A stretch of 64,000 nucleotides of DNA from an uncultured Candidatus Peribacteria bacterium (GTDB taxonomy: Bacteria > Patescibacteriota > Gracilibacteria > Peribacterales > Peribacteraceae), in assembly GCA_964534205.1 (NCBI GenBank), contig CAZHQF010000004.1, forward strand, positions 109,436 through 173,435, given 5' to 3'. The notes under the pieces were generated by a model that was not told where the DNA came from, searched no databases, and saw only the letters and a list, made by a program, of their open reading frames with translations. Shown in pieces: positions 27,001 through 34,700 of the stretch; within the stretch, counting starts at the first letter, position 1, and every line of letters starts with the position of its first letter. A program made the position numbers and the translations under genes.

Positions 27001-28574
27001 ACCAGGTCACCGCTGGAGTTGGTATCCAGTGTGTTGCAGTTGGTGAGCGACGTGATGCGGACGGTTCCCTGGAGGAAGGAATTGCCTTCAACGGCGAGGA
27101 CACCGGAGGAGGTGAGGCGGCTGTTTGCGGTGATCGTGGAGCCGGAGATCGTCTGGAAGGTGAGAGAGGAACCGGTGAGCGTCGTGTTCAGCGTGATGAC
27201 GGTGCCGTTGAGGGTCAGGCCGCGGCCCACGCTGTACGTGGTGTCGGAGTCTGAACCGCAGACGAGGTCGCCATCAGCATCGGTCTCAAGGGCGGTGCAG
27301 CCGAAGAAATCGGAATGGAGAAGCTTGAGACCGGCGGCCAGCGTGGTGTTGCCGGTGACGGCAAGGGTGCCGCCGAGGAAGGAGTTGCCTTCGACCGCGA
27401 GTGAACCGGAGAGCGACGTGGCGCCTTCCACGAGGAGCACACCCGAGGACCGGAGAACCGTCTGCGCGTGAACGACGGAACCGGAGACCGTCGTGAATTC
27501 CAGGAGGGAGCCGGTGATCGTGGAGTTGAGCGTGAACGTGTTCGTGATCGTGTTGAGCGTGAGACCCTGGCCGGCGCGGTAGCTGGAGCCGGCACCGCCC
27601 TCGTCCGTGCCGCAGACAAAGTTGCCGTCGGCATCGGTATCGATCGTGTTGCAGTTCTTGAGTCCGGAGATCGTGAGCGTGGCACCGCTGAGGTTGCCGT
27701 GGACGACTGCATCGCCGGCGACGATCAGATCACCGCTGCTCGTGAGGAGCTGCTCGGCGTGGAGGACGGATCCGGAGATCGTGCCCGTGACATTGAGGCC
27801 GAGTCCGTCGACGAGGATGTTGAGGAGCCCCGTCATCGTGTCGCCGGGAACGTTCACATAGCGGCCGTCGGCATCACTCTGGGAGAGACCGCCCGTACCG
27901 CCCGTGCCACCGGAATTGCCGCTGTCACCGCCGCCGCCTCCGCCGCCGTAGCTGCGCTGCACCGGACCCGACTCACCGCCGGAACTGCCGCCGACCGGGA
28001 ACGGGCGGCGGCCGAGACCGGGACTGTAGACTCCGGGGAAATCTTTCCAGACGGCTTTGCCGTTCTCGATCATCAGAATCTGGCCTTCCCTGCCGTCATC
28101 CGGGAAGCGCAGCGCGGAGACGCGCTGGCCGAATTCGCTGCGGGTCTGCACGGTGGGGACGGCTGTGCGGAGGACCGGAGCACCGAACCACGTGGGCTCG
28201 GGAATCGCGGGGACCGCAACTGCCGCAGCGGCCGGAGACGTGCGGGGCGAAGGCGAACCGAACCACGTGGGCTCGGGAATGCTCTCCGTGCGCGGGCTCG
28301 CCTGCGTCACGCGTACGCGCGTAGAAGAAAACACCGATGCCTGCTGCGTGGAAACGACAGCGTTCGTTGCGGATGTCTGTGCGGGACGCGGAGACGGCGC
28401 AAGCACGCCGAACGTGGCACGCAGGAACACGTCCCCGATCACCGATGCCCTGGACGCGTGTCCCGAACCGGTCAGCAGCAGCAACGCGAGAGCCACCACG
28501 CCCGCGGCAAACACGCGGCGATGCACGCTGCGTTTCCGTCCTGCCGTGTTGGTGTTGGAAAGTGGCTCCGGCAT
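15063..28574 (-). CDS. Giant (4503 aa) anchored surface fibre protein: concatenated tail-fibre-like modules, 7-repeat LVIVD region and a C-terminal beta-helix module
   Basis: Uninterrupted 13.5 kb ORF. N-terminal signal/anchor VFAAGVVALALLLLTG. Recurrent Y(V/L)NVSGDTMTG, (R/N)VGIGT..P, IIGTASGR.LHAQD.LRSSG, YDLGN.SNRWN.LYA and NC..L.T...G...CGTD units. YVQGRYAYV repeats. See findings. Confidence 0.9.
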   Translation of the reverse strand: MPEPLSNTNTAGRKRSVHRRVFAAGVVALALLLLTGSGHASRASVIGDVFLRATFGVLAPSPRPAQTSATNAVVSTQQASVFSSTRVRVTQASPRTESIPEPTWFGSPSPRTSPAAAAVAVPAIPEPTWFGAPVLRTAVPTVQTRSEFGQRVSALRFPDDGREGQILMIENGKAVWKDFPGVYSPGLGRRPFPVGGSSGGESGPVQRSYGGGGGGGDSGNSGGTGGTGGLSQSDADGRYVNVPGDTMTGLLNILVDGLGLNVTGTISGSVLHAEQLLTSSGDLIVAGDAVVHGNLSGATLTISGLKNCNTIDTDADGNFVCGTDEGGAGSSYRAGQGLTLNTITNTFTLNSTITGSLLEFTTVSGSVVHAQTVLRSSGVLLVEGATSLSGSLAVEGNSFLGGTLAVTGNTTLAAGLKLLHSDFFGCTALETDADGDLVCGSDSDTTYSVGRGLTLNGTVITLNTTLTGSSLTFQTISGSTITANSRLTSSGVLAVEGNSFLQGTVRITSLTNCNTLDTNSSGDLVCGTDEGTTYTAAQGLVLTSNSFRLASSISGSLVNFQTVSGTTLFANNTLRSSGSLIVQTTGLFKGNLTTRGNLSGATLTVSTLKNCNTLDTDANGNLSCGTDEGSTYVAGQGIGLTGNVFRLNGTLTGSLVSFQTVSGSTISAANRLTSSGVLAVEGTSYLQGTVRLAALTNCNSLDTDPSGNLVCGTDEGTTYSAAQGLTLNGTAFRLNGAITGSLVNFTTVSGSSVFARTNLLSSGSLTVEGAFNVGGAASQVYNIISDSGAASHAGGGGLDSDDDLFIAGTIEVDGISYYDNSVNFASGIAVVGTYNVGGVGARAYNIISDSGSASHTDVIDSDDDLFIEGSLEVDGSVQLDGGLNVLGTASGRVLHAQDSLRSSGSLLVDGVVYLNNYQNCTALETSNGQIVCGTDDTGAGGASFGTGSLTTYFDNRFVNVSGDTMTGALAIRSGNGTVTVDAGVLLEVLGTASGRIVHVQDQLRSSGSLLVDGAVYFNNYANCTALETSNGQIVCGTDDGGTSYFAGRGLTLTAGVFTLNTTITGSLLEFTTVSGSLVSATDRLTSSGVLAVEGNSFFGGTINAGSSAPIKLLNASFFGCTALETDADGDLVCGTDDNTTYTAAQGLTLNGTSFRLNATITGSSLTFQTISGSTVTANNRLASSGVLAVEGNSFLQGTVRLTALTNCNTLDTNSNGDLVCGTDSNSQYGAGQGLTLTGTGFRLNTTITGSLVNFQTLSGMTVYARSQLRSSGSLVVDTTGLIKGNLTTRGTLSGAALTVMAGNSYLLGNLNLGSSTVDSNLKLEIIGTASGRVLHAQDQLRASGSLLVDGAVYFNNYANCTSLETSNGQIVCGTDDGGTSYVAGRGLTLTSNVFTLNTTITGSLLEFTTVSGSTLFANNRLASSGVLAVDGNAYLNSGAYIYNLAIENGFRLLDSVFVSCPLLITDDAGSVECGDVSSLEDYGVLFTSTGSLRASFDSRYVNVSGDTMTGALAIKKRSGTNTGNTLVVDTNGLVYDATNKRVGIGTAMPDDGLLYVSTQNQLPGTYDSGLTGVYIDADMPEEVTTTNFGPTDYGLYVNSDSQRTLSVDEGSLHTMVQAGISVSASHVGDATTSGVGSAVNRKVYGIDATAVMTMAGRTGNGIDLVYGGYFGAAMAEDLNSPGSAAYGIYATATGAVAWSGYFDDADVFIQEGLEVIGTASGRTIHAQNQLRSSGSLLVDGVVYLNNYANCTALETVNGLVTCGTDNGSSYSAGQGLTLTGTGFRLNTTITGSLVNFQTLSGMTVYARSQLRSSGSLVVDTTGLIKGNLTTRGTLSGAALTVMAGNSYLLGNLNLGSSTVDSNLKLEIIGTASGRILHAQDRLEASGALVVRSTTTNPVLYTDVTNGRVGIGTAAPTSDLTIASTGIPKLTLHGTNGHTSYIDFNRNNGNNSWRIEASGTFVLYNSTNAYSTTVNLMDLGTSEIVFNNDAGNTDFRIEGDTKSNLFFLDASTDNIGINTNAPGSKLALSGAMIINSTGTTGMTADTGLALEIIGTASGRVLHAQDVLRASGSLLVDGAVYFNNYANCTSLETVNGLVTCGTDDGTTYLAGRGLTVSSNVFTLNTTITGSLLEFTTVSGATVHAQDLLRSSGALAVEGNSFLQGNISLGDSTSDNIAANGLFNTSLLPAANVTYDLGNTSNRWNGLYANTGNFSGNVNMNGNVGLGDGAADNVSFNGLANTSILLAANNSYDLGNSSNRWATLYAVNGNFATNVTATNISARNTLSGSALTIMAGNSSFLGPLNLGSTNYDSNIKLEIIGMASGRVLHAQDRLASSGTLVVQSGVTFKSLTNCSALQTDSAGALSCGSAGGLSQTTADSRYVNVSGDTMTGGLIIRSGNGTAFLDSGILFEVLGVASGRILHAQDILRSSGSLIVDGSAYFNGNVSTNFIPASNATYDLGNTSLRWNNLYANTGNFSGNVNMNGNVGLGDATSDNIAANGLFNTSLLPAANVTYDLGNTSNRWNGLYAGTGNFSGNLFANGNVSLGDAAGDNISFNGSANTSILAAANNSYALGNSTNRWSNIFSVDGNFSNNISVNNLYANTNVSARNTLSGGALTIMSGNSSFLGPLNLGSTAIDTNVKLEIIGMASGRVLHAQDRLASSGTLVVQSTGLVKGNLTTRGTLSGAALTVMAGNSYLLGSVNIGSSTVDTNLKLEVIGTASGRVIHAQDKLESSGALVIRTTRPYPLLYTDTTNYRLGLGTASPGSRLALSGAMIINANGNLGSSAADTGVSLEIIGMASGRVLHAQDRLASSGTLVVQSTGLVKGNLTTRGTLSGAALTVMAGNSYLLGSVNIGSSTVDTNLKLEIIGTASGRVIHAQDQLRASGSLLVDGAVYFNNYANCTALETVNGLITCGTDDGSSYFAGRGLTLTSNVFTLNTTITGSLLEFTTVSGAIVHAQDQLRSSGTLIVRSTTRLQSGAYITGHVVPTADATYDLGSNTNRWRDLYISGTSVHMGTSVSEGVMGYNSSDGFHFTGAGGAEVRGTASGRTVHAQDSLRSSGSLIVDGLAYLNNYANCTALETANGVLTCGTDGGGAASIGDAVGSGTQGSVLFLGPSGVLAQDNTNFFYNDSLNLLKLGGTFVVGGSTTSNAGYNLISNNDSSVASHTASDQINTSDDLYIGGALEVDGYAFFDTGVRLGHTFIVGGATTSASYNKITTNDSSVATNLDSTDDLYISGSLEVDSAAFFDNSLTFSAITSCSFLATDVSGNVYCNTSSAGGDFWALTGNSGINASAQFVGTTDGTHLAFRTNNTERMRILDMGMVGINTSAPNATLDVNGNLHVGGVSNLVPYSFFATNGSSMAGHGLDGYSDVFIEQSLEVDGIAFFDSTVQISGLTNCSVLATDSSGNIFCNTSSLGGGGITEGSLAYSGGDAGSGDSSAGSSASTLALSYPSDVYVQGNYAYVTDLYAHTLNAFDVSDPADPVQIFSISTGLFTPEAVYVQGRYAYVTNQDTSILTIMDVSNPARITSVGSVTLAGLLRDVYVQGRYAYVVSNNDTLNVIDVSNPKNPIRVGVVSTNLADPYAIYVQGRYAYVADVEANAMYVFDVSDPAAPTYVSSGTNFTSLPTGIYVQGRYAYIAAQGNDGVSIYDISNPAYPVHISTTTSNMSDPESVYVQGEYMYVTNLGGTLGVYDVSNPASVSFVDSESTSLSVPRALFVLGQHAYLTDTSNSKLHVLNAFGTYIHQLGVGGFEAGTGLFRENLQVFNDTDIRGALTVGQGMNVVGGASITASGSLSYALRVNANSGALLLTTGTTDSAVNAFRIMSNVTSANNPVFSIRADGTVYSDGSYNGTGADYAEWFRTADTDLVPGDAVCIDVTRENSVRKCRGDGDPDVIGIVSTNPSFVGNVMSGADGVPVPGTVLVGLIGQVPAKAVIASGSVIRPGDSLTAAALSGYVRKAMAGESTVGVALTGLTGNTGTTGTIQVLISRRNQSLTTEAVSERVLQTVQDLKIQDELELSLQQAVAQFSASGTLMQPISEEVSRQVSALNVQSIEERLAALNARIDSLSGGTVTVAGDSALNALAARISQLETSLGGSSAGTGTTSADLVASTLNVEDTLIVGSNARIAGDLELDGTLRVSSLFIPGIVTIDGALTASSLDADTLTVSSGATIGGVLTIQGSLELASGATLGFASGSTVDFSTLVVRNALHVLGPVTIEGLAQFLGDVQVHGELQVSDRQAGMAKIPMSGTSVTITFDPPTTVQPIVTASPDVPVLYAVSNATMTGFTIRLAAPATEDITFSWHALGAFTFDPSALTSSSSSSSSVGIAFPVDASGVPLSSNAVWNACIRNQVTLDADGNPLSCSRYHEDYVWTHPDLSIEFTWNTQTTPPLLVLPDGYSRVEETMSEEITEPAPEETPLEEPVTEPPSETPSDTPPPEETPSDVPADLPPAEEPVLEPEASPSVEPSGDEPVEEPALPEETPSATDEPVEAAPPAPQESVPVTP
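20611..21568. repeat. About 0.96 kb block nearly identical to 34744-35701 in the second giant gene (offset 14133)
   Basis: Read directly. The same DNA runs from tcctgggcgtggaggacacggccggaggccatgccgatgatctcgagtttgacg onward. The antisense ORFs 20723..21115 and 34856..35248 translate identically. I saw only isolated mismatches, for example near 21514. Confidence 0.85.
22965..23243. repeat. About 279 bp repeat, no mismatch seen by eye, with 24591-24869 inside the 4503-aa gene (offset 1626)
   Basis: Identical text from ggtgccgatgatctcgagcttgaggttggaatcaacgg to cccgtgccggtgag in both places. The protein segment ...LSGMTVYARSQLRSSGSLVVDTTGLIKGNLTTRGTLSGAALTVMAGNSYLLGNLNLGSSTVDSNLKLEIIGTASGR occurs twice. 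Confidence 0.85.
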
Positions 28575-28766
28575 TGGGTTTTTGTGTGATTTCGGTGTGT
28601 CCCCAAAATCTATCTATTTTACCGGAAAAGAGGCTCCCTCCTCAATGGTCAGCACCATAAAAATGCAGTTACGCAAGTACCATTTTCGAACCGATTTTAT
28701 CGCCCTGGCAACTAAAATCTTGGCTTCCATTAGCCAAAGTTCACATTAATTTTTTTAACACAAAAA

Positions 28767-31700
28767 TCATTCCTGTCCACTTTCGGGCACCGGCTCGCTC
28801 GATGCAGGCGCAGCTTCCGGCTGCGCTGAACCCTCTCCTGCATCGGAGGTTGTCACCGGCTCGGCGGGAGCCTCCGATATCTCCTCGGGTTCTTCTGCGG
28901 GAGTGTCCGTCGTCGCAGTGTCTTCCGTCGGCAATTCCTCAACAGGTGTCTCCGTAGCAGGCTCTTCCGTTGTCACGGGAACCTCATCCGCCGGAGCATC
29001 ATCAGACGGAACGGACAGCCCGTCGGTGATCACAGGAATCTGCACGGTGGCTGCGTAGCCGTCTGGCAAAAGCAGGAGCGGCGGTGTGGTCTGCGTGTTC
29101 CACGTGAAGGTGATCTCAAGATCCGGATGCGTCCACACATAGTCGGTGTGGTAGCGGCTGCACGAGAGCGGATTTCCGTCGGTATCGAGCGTGACGAGAT
29201 TTCTGATACAGGAATTCCAGACGTTATTGCTCGAGAGCGGCACACCGAAGGCATCCACCGGGAAGGCAATCGAGTTTTCCGCATCTGTAACGGCAGATCC
29301 GCTGGCACTCATCTGCGGGTCGTTGGCGAGGATCGCGGTCCAGGCAAAGTCATAATTCTCGGCAGCGGGATTTTTGAGTTCGATCGTGAAGCCCGTGGAC
29401 GTCGCCGGCGTGATCCTCCACGGACCTTCCACGAAGCTCAGCGGCGTGACATTCACGACCGGCGCGAGCGTGAGATCGTGCGTGAAACGCACGGTGACCA
29501 TGGTCTGACCGGTACCGATGCGGGCGAAGCCCGCGTGGCGGTTGCTGACGCGGAGTTCACCGGAAATTTCGACATCACCGAGGAACTGTGCGAGACCATC
29601 GATGGTGATGGGCCCAAGCACGTGGAGCGCGTTTTTGACGACCAGGTTGCCGAAGTCCACGGTGGAACCGGAGGCGAAGTTGAGCAGAGCGCCGGATGCC
29701 AGATCGAGTGAGCCCTGGATCAGGAGCGTGCCGCCGATCGTGGCACCGGAGGAGACGGAGAGGTGATCCGTATCAACGGACGACGCGGTGAGTGCGCCAT
29801 CGATCGTCACGATGCCCGGGATGAAGAGGCTCTGCACCTGCAGCACTCCGTCGAGCGCAAGATCACCGGCGATGCGTGCATCCCCGCCGACCATGAGCGT
29901 GTCCTCCACGTTGAGCGTGGAGGCGGTGAGATCGGAAACGCGTGCCGCAGAACCGGAGAGCGGGTTTTCTACCCGCGGATCGGAAGCAATAATTTGGCTT
30001 CCTGTAGCGGTTTCCTGACTGTCCACAAGAGCCCCCGAGAGCGCGGCTACCTGCTCGCTCAACGTGGTCAGCCTGGAAGACAGGTCTGCAATGTTGAGTG
30101 CGGCGACCTGGCGGTTCACCTCTTCACTGATCGGGAGCATCAGCGTGCCCGAGGCGGAGAAGTTCTCCACGGCCTCCTTGAGCGAGAGTTCAATCTCGTC
30201 CTCGATGCGCAGATCCTTCACCGCCTGCAACACGCGGTCCGTGACGGCTTCCGTGGTGAGCGAACCGTTGCGGCGCGCCACAAGGACACTGATGAGCCCC
30301 GTGGTTCCCTCGGGACCATCGAGGCCTTCAAGAGCCACACCGACCGTCGGCTCCCCTGCCTCGGCACGGCGCGCGTAGCCCGGTGTGAGAGCGGGGGTGA
30401 GCGAATCTCCCGGACGGATCACCGCACCGGATTCCACAATGACTTTGGCCGGGATCTGACCGATGAGACCGACGAGCGTGTATCCCGGCACCGGCAGACC
30501 TTCCTTGAACATCGAGAACCAGCCGCCACCCGTCACGTCGTTACCCACGAAGGACGGGTTGGTGGTGACGATACCCATCACATTCGGGTCGGCCGACCCG
30601 CGGCAGCGCTGGACGGTGCTGCTCTTGGTGGCATCGATACAGACCAATTCGCCGCTCTTGAGGTCGCTGTCCGAGGCTTTGAACCACTCGGCGTAGTCGG
30701 CACCGGGGGCGACATGCGTGGTGTCGGCAGCCGGGTAGAAGTAGAACTTGGTGAGTTCCAGGTGATAGTTTGAGCTGGAGGCGTTCTTGGTGTTCACGAC
30801 ACCCTTGAGGATGTGGTAACCATCACCCGTGATCGTGACGGTATCTGTTTTCACCACGTTGTAGGTGGTGGACGCCGTGTACCAGTCTTGTCCGGTTTCC
30901 ACGAGAACCCCGTCGATGTACCAGTCCACTTTGGCGGAGGCGTTGGTTGTCGCTCCGAGAGCGGCGAACGTGTAGCTACCGGCCCGGAGATAGAAACCGT
31001 TCGTAAACGCATTGCCGTCGGCAGGGGTTGTATGGCGGTTAAAGCTGGCATACTGCTGGCTGCTGTCCGTGCGTGATGTCATTGCCGATCCTGCCACGGA
31101 GATACTTTCCTGATGCCACATCACGGCACGGTCCGGGTACGTGGTGCCCGTTCCGGTGCCCACCTGCACCATCCTCCAGCCTTTCTTGCCCGTACTGTCA
31201 CCGACAAGGTTACCCATATTGACGTAGGCAAAGCCGCGCTTGTTATCGAGGTAGAGCGAGCCCGTGCTGGCCTGCACAAGGTTGTACGGCGTGCCGGAAC
31301 CGGAGTAGATGCCGGCGTTGCGGTTGTACGTGTTGTCGTTCAGACGGATGAACTCGCTGCGGTTCGCGCGGCTGATGACGGCGCCGGAGGAGAGGCGGAG
31401 CACCTGGCCGGACATGGTGCCGACCACCTCGAGCTTCACATTGGAATCGATCGACGTGGCGCCGAGAACGAGGTTATCGCTGGTGTCGTTCAGGAGCACA
31501 AAGGCACCGGCATCGCTGAAGGGCGAAGCTCCCGCCGTGTTATCGATCTGCATCACCGTCATCGTCGGGCGGGCTTCCGTGGTGGTATCCGTGCTGGCAC
31601 CGCCATCGATGTAGACGTACATTTCCAGGTAATCTCCGGCAACAAGATCGAATGTGTCGACCACTGTGGCAGTCACCTGATAGCCGGAACTGCGAGCGAG

Positions 31701-34700
31701 GTCGTAACGTACGAGTGATCCGTTCTTGTAGATGTACGAGACGATGGCTCCGTTGGCAAGGCCTGTGGCATCGGACCACGATGCCGTCACGAGGTACTTG
31801 CCGGACTTCTTGATATCGAAGCGATCGTTGGTACTGTAATCGGCAATGCTGCCGATGTCGTACGCCTCGCCATCGAAGGCAATTTTGGTGACGGTAGCAG
31901 TCGTAATACTCTGTGCTGCAGCCCTGTGCATCCTGGCCATGTGCACTGAGCCTGAGCCCGTTGCAAGAGAGGACCAGACCGTTCCCCCATTTTCATTCTT
32001 CCAGATGGTTCCGGTGTCGGTGGCGAAGTAGAGCGAGGCGCGGTTGCCGGAGACACTACCGTTCGGATTACCAGTGCCGGTTTTGAGCATGACGGAGCCG
32101 CCGTTGGCGCTGTCTTCGAGGAGGAGGTTTCCTGAGGCAGAGACCCCGCGGGAGAGTGTGAGCGCGCCGCTCAAGTTCAGGATTCCGCGGGAGACGCGTG
32201 TGAGCGCCGTATCGTACACGCCACCGGAACCGAACAGGATGTGTGCGGCCCCCTTCGTCGCCAGGCGCAGCGCACCCGTGCCCGTGGTACTCGGTCCGGC
32301 GAGGATGCTGATATCCAGACCGCTCTTCTGCGCCGAGAGATCACGGAGGAAGAACAGTGCACCGGAGCCGGTACCCCCGGAAGCCGGGTTGACGATCTTG
32401 AACGAGTTATCGGAAGACGTGAGCTGGATCATGGCATCGCCGCCGTCAAGGTCGTTGAGATATGCGTCGCGGAGCGTGGTACCAGTGGCGGCACCGCCGA
32501 GGAAGCTCTGGTCGGTTGTCGGCGAGAACCACATCTTTGTCAGCGCGATCGCGTAGCTGCTGGAACTGGCGTGCTTGCCATTCACCGTGCCCTTAAGCAC
32601 GTGGTAACCGCTGGTAGGAATCGTAACCGTCGCTGTCTTCACGGTGTTATAGCCAAGCGAGGTGTACCAGTCCTGACCAGTGACGATTGCGACACCGTCG
32701 ACCGTCCAGTCGATGATACCGTTGTTGGTATTGGTGATACCGAGGACGGAGAATGTGTATGTGCCCGCCTTGAGCATGAATCCTTGCGTGAAGGCATCTC
32801 CGTTGGCGGGTGTCGCCTGCTGGGTAAACGTGTAATAGATCTGGTTCGCATTGGTGAAGTTGGTGAGTGCGGTACCCGCCGTCTTCGTGCTCTCGCTGTG
32901 CCACATCGTGGCGCGGCTCGGGACTACGTTGCCGGACGCGGAACCGCCGCTTCCTTCGGCATCCGTGCCACAAGTGAGCAGACCATTGACGGTTTCAAGG
33001 GCGGTACAGTTGGCGTAGTTGTTGAAGTACGCGTTGCCGTCGACAATGAGGGAACCGGAGGAACGGAGGATGTCCTGGGCGTGGAGGACGCGGCCGGAGG
33101 CGGTGCCGATCACTTCCAGTTTCACGCCGGTATCGATGGTGATGGCGCCGATGGCGAGACCGTCGGAAGTATCATTGAGGTAAGCGAAGGAACCACCATC
33201 AATGAACGGCGACGCACCGGCGCCATCCATCTGTACCACAGAGAGTCGCGGACGAAGATCAGAGCTGGCATCTGTGTTCACCGCATTCGAGCTATAGACG
33301 TACATTTCAATATAATCGCCTACCACAAGATCAAGGACTTCGGTTGCTACTGGCAACGTGGAAGATCCTCCGCCGCCAGCCATCACGCGAGAGCCATTTT
33401 TGTAAATCGACGTCATGGTTGTCGCACCGGGGTTCGGACTGTACCAGTACGCCGTCACGAGATATTTGCCGGCTTTCTTAATATCAATACGGCTGTTGGT
33501 GGTATTTGCCATGCCACCCACATCAATTTCTGTAGTGTTAAGGCTGATTTTTGTATGCGCCGCAGCCCCAATACTTTGGGCAGTGGAACGAGTCATCTTT
33601 GCCATCAGTACTCCCGATCCCGACATGAGTTCCACCCACTGCGTACCGTTGTTGTTGTTCTTCCAGATCTTGCCGGTATCGGTGGCGAAGTAGAGAGAGG
33701 CCCTGCCGCCGCGGATCACCCCGTTCGGGTCGCCGGTGCCGCTGAAGAAGCCGACGGTAGTGTTGTTCGTGGAGTCCTTGAGTGTCAGGAAGCTGGAATT
33801 GGGAGCCTGACGGATCTGCAGCGCACCGCTCAGGGAAAGGACGTTGGAGCCCGTGCGGGACAGGGACACGTTATAGGTGCTTCCCGTGCCGAACAGGATG
33901 TGTGCCGCGCCCTTGGTGGCAAGACGGAGTGCGCCGCTGCTGTTATTGAGGATGCCGGCCCTGATGCTGATATCGAGCCCGCTCTTCTGACTGGAGAGAT
34001 CGCGGATGAAGAACAGCGCACCGGAGCCCGTGCCGTTGCTGGACGGGTTCACGATCTTGAACGAGTTGTCGGAGGACGTGAGCTGGATCATGGCATCGCC
34101 GCCGTCAAGGTCGTTGAGATATGCGTCGCGGAGCGTGGTACCAGTGGCGGCACCGCCGAGGAAGCTTTGATCGGTTGCAGGCGAGAACCACATTTTTGTG
34201 AGAACCATGCAGTACGATGAGGCGCTCGCGTTCTTGCCGTTCACCACACCCTTGAGCACGTGGTAACCGCTGCTGCTGACCGTGACGGAGGCAGTCTTCG
34301 GCGTATTGAAGTTTGCCGCTGCGGCGTACCAGTCCTGCTGCGACACGGCGAGCACTCCGTCGATGTACCAATCGATGATACCGCGATTGGAACTGGGAAT
34401 GCCAAGCACGGAGAAGGTGTACGTTCCCGCCTTGAGGAGGAACCCGTTGGTGAACGAGTCGGAGTTCGTACATGTGCTCTGGAACATAGCCTGTTGATAG
34501 GCTTGCGAACCGACGTTGCTGGAATCCTGACTGAGTGATCCTCCGGTGATAACCTTGCTCTCGTCATGCCACATCGTGGCGCGGCTGGGCACCACGTTGC
34601 CGGAAGCCGAACCGCCGCCGCTTCCTTCGGCGTCCGTGCCACAAGTGAGCAGACCGTTGACGGTTTCAAGGGCGGTACAGTTGGCGTAGTTGTTGAAGTA

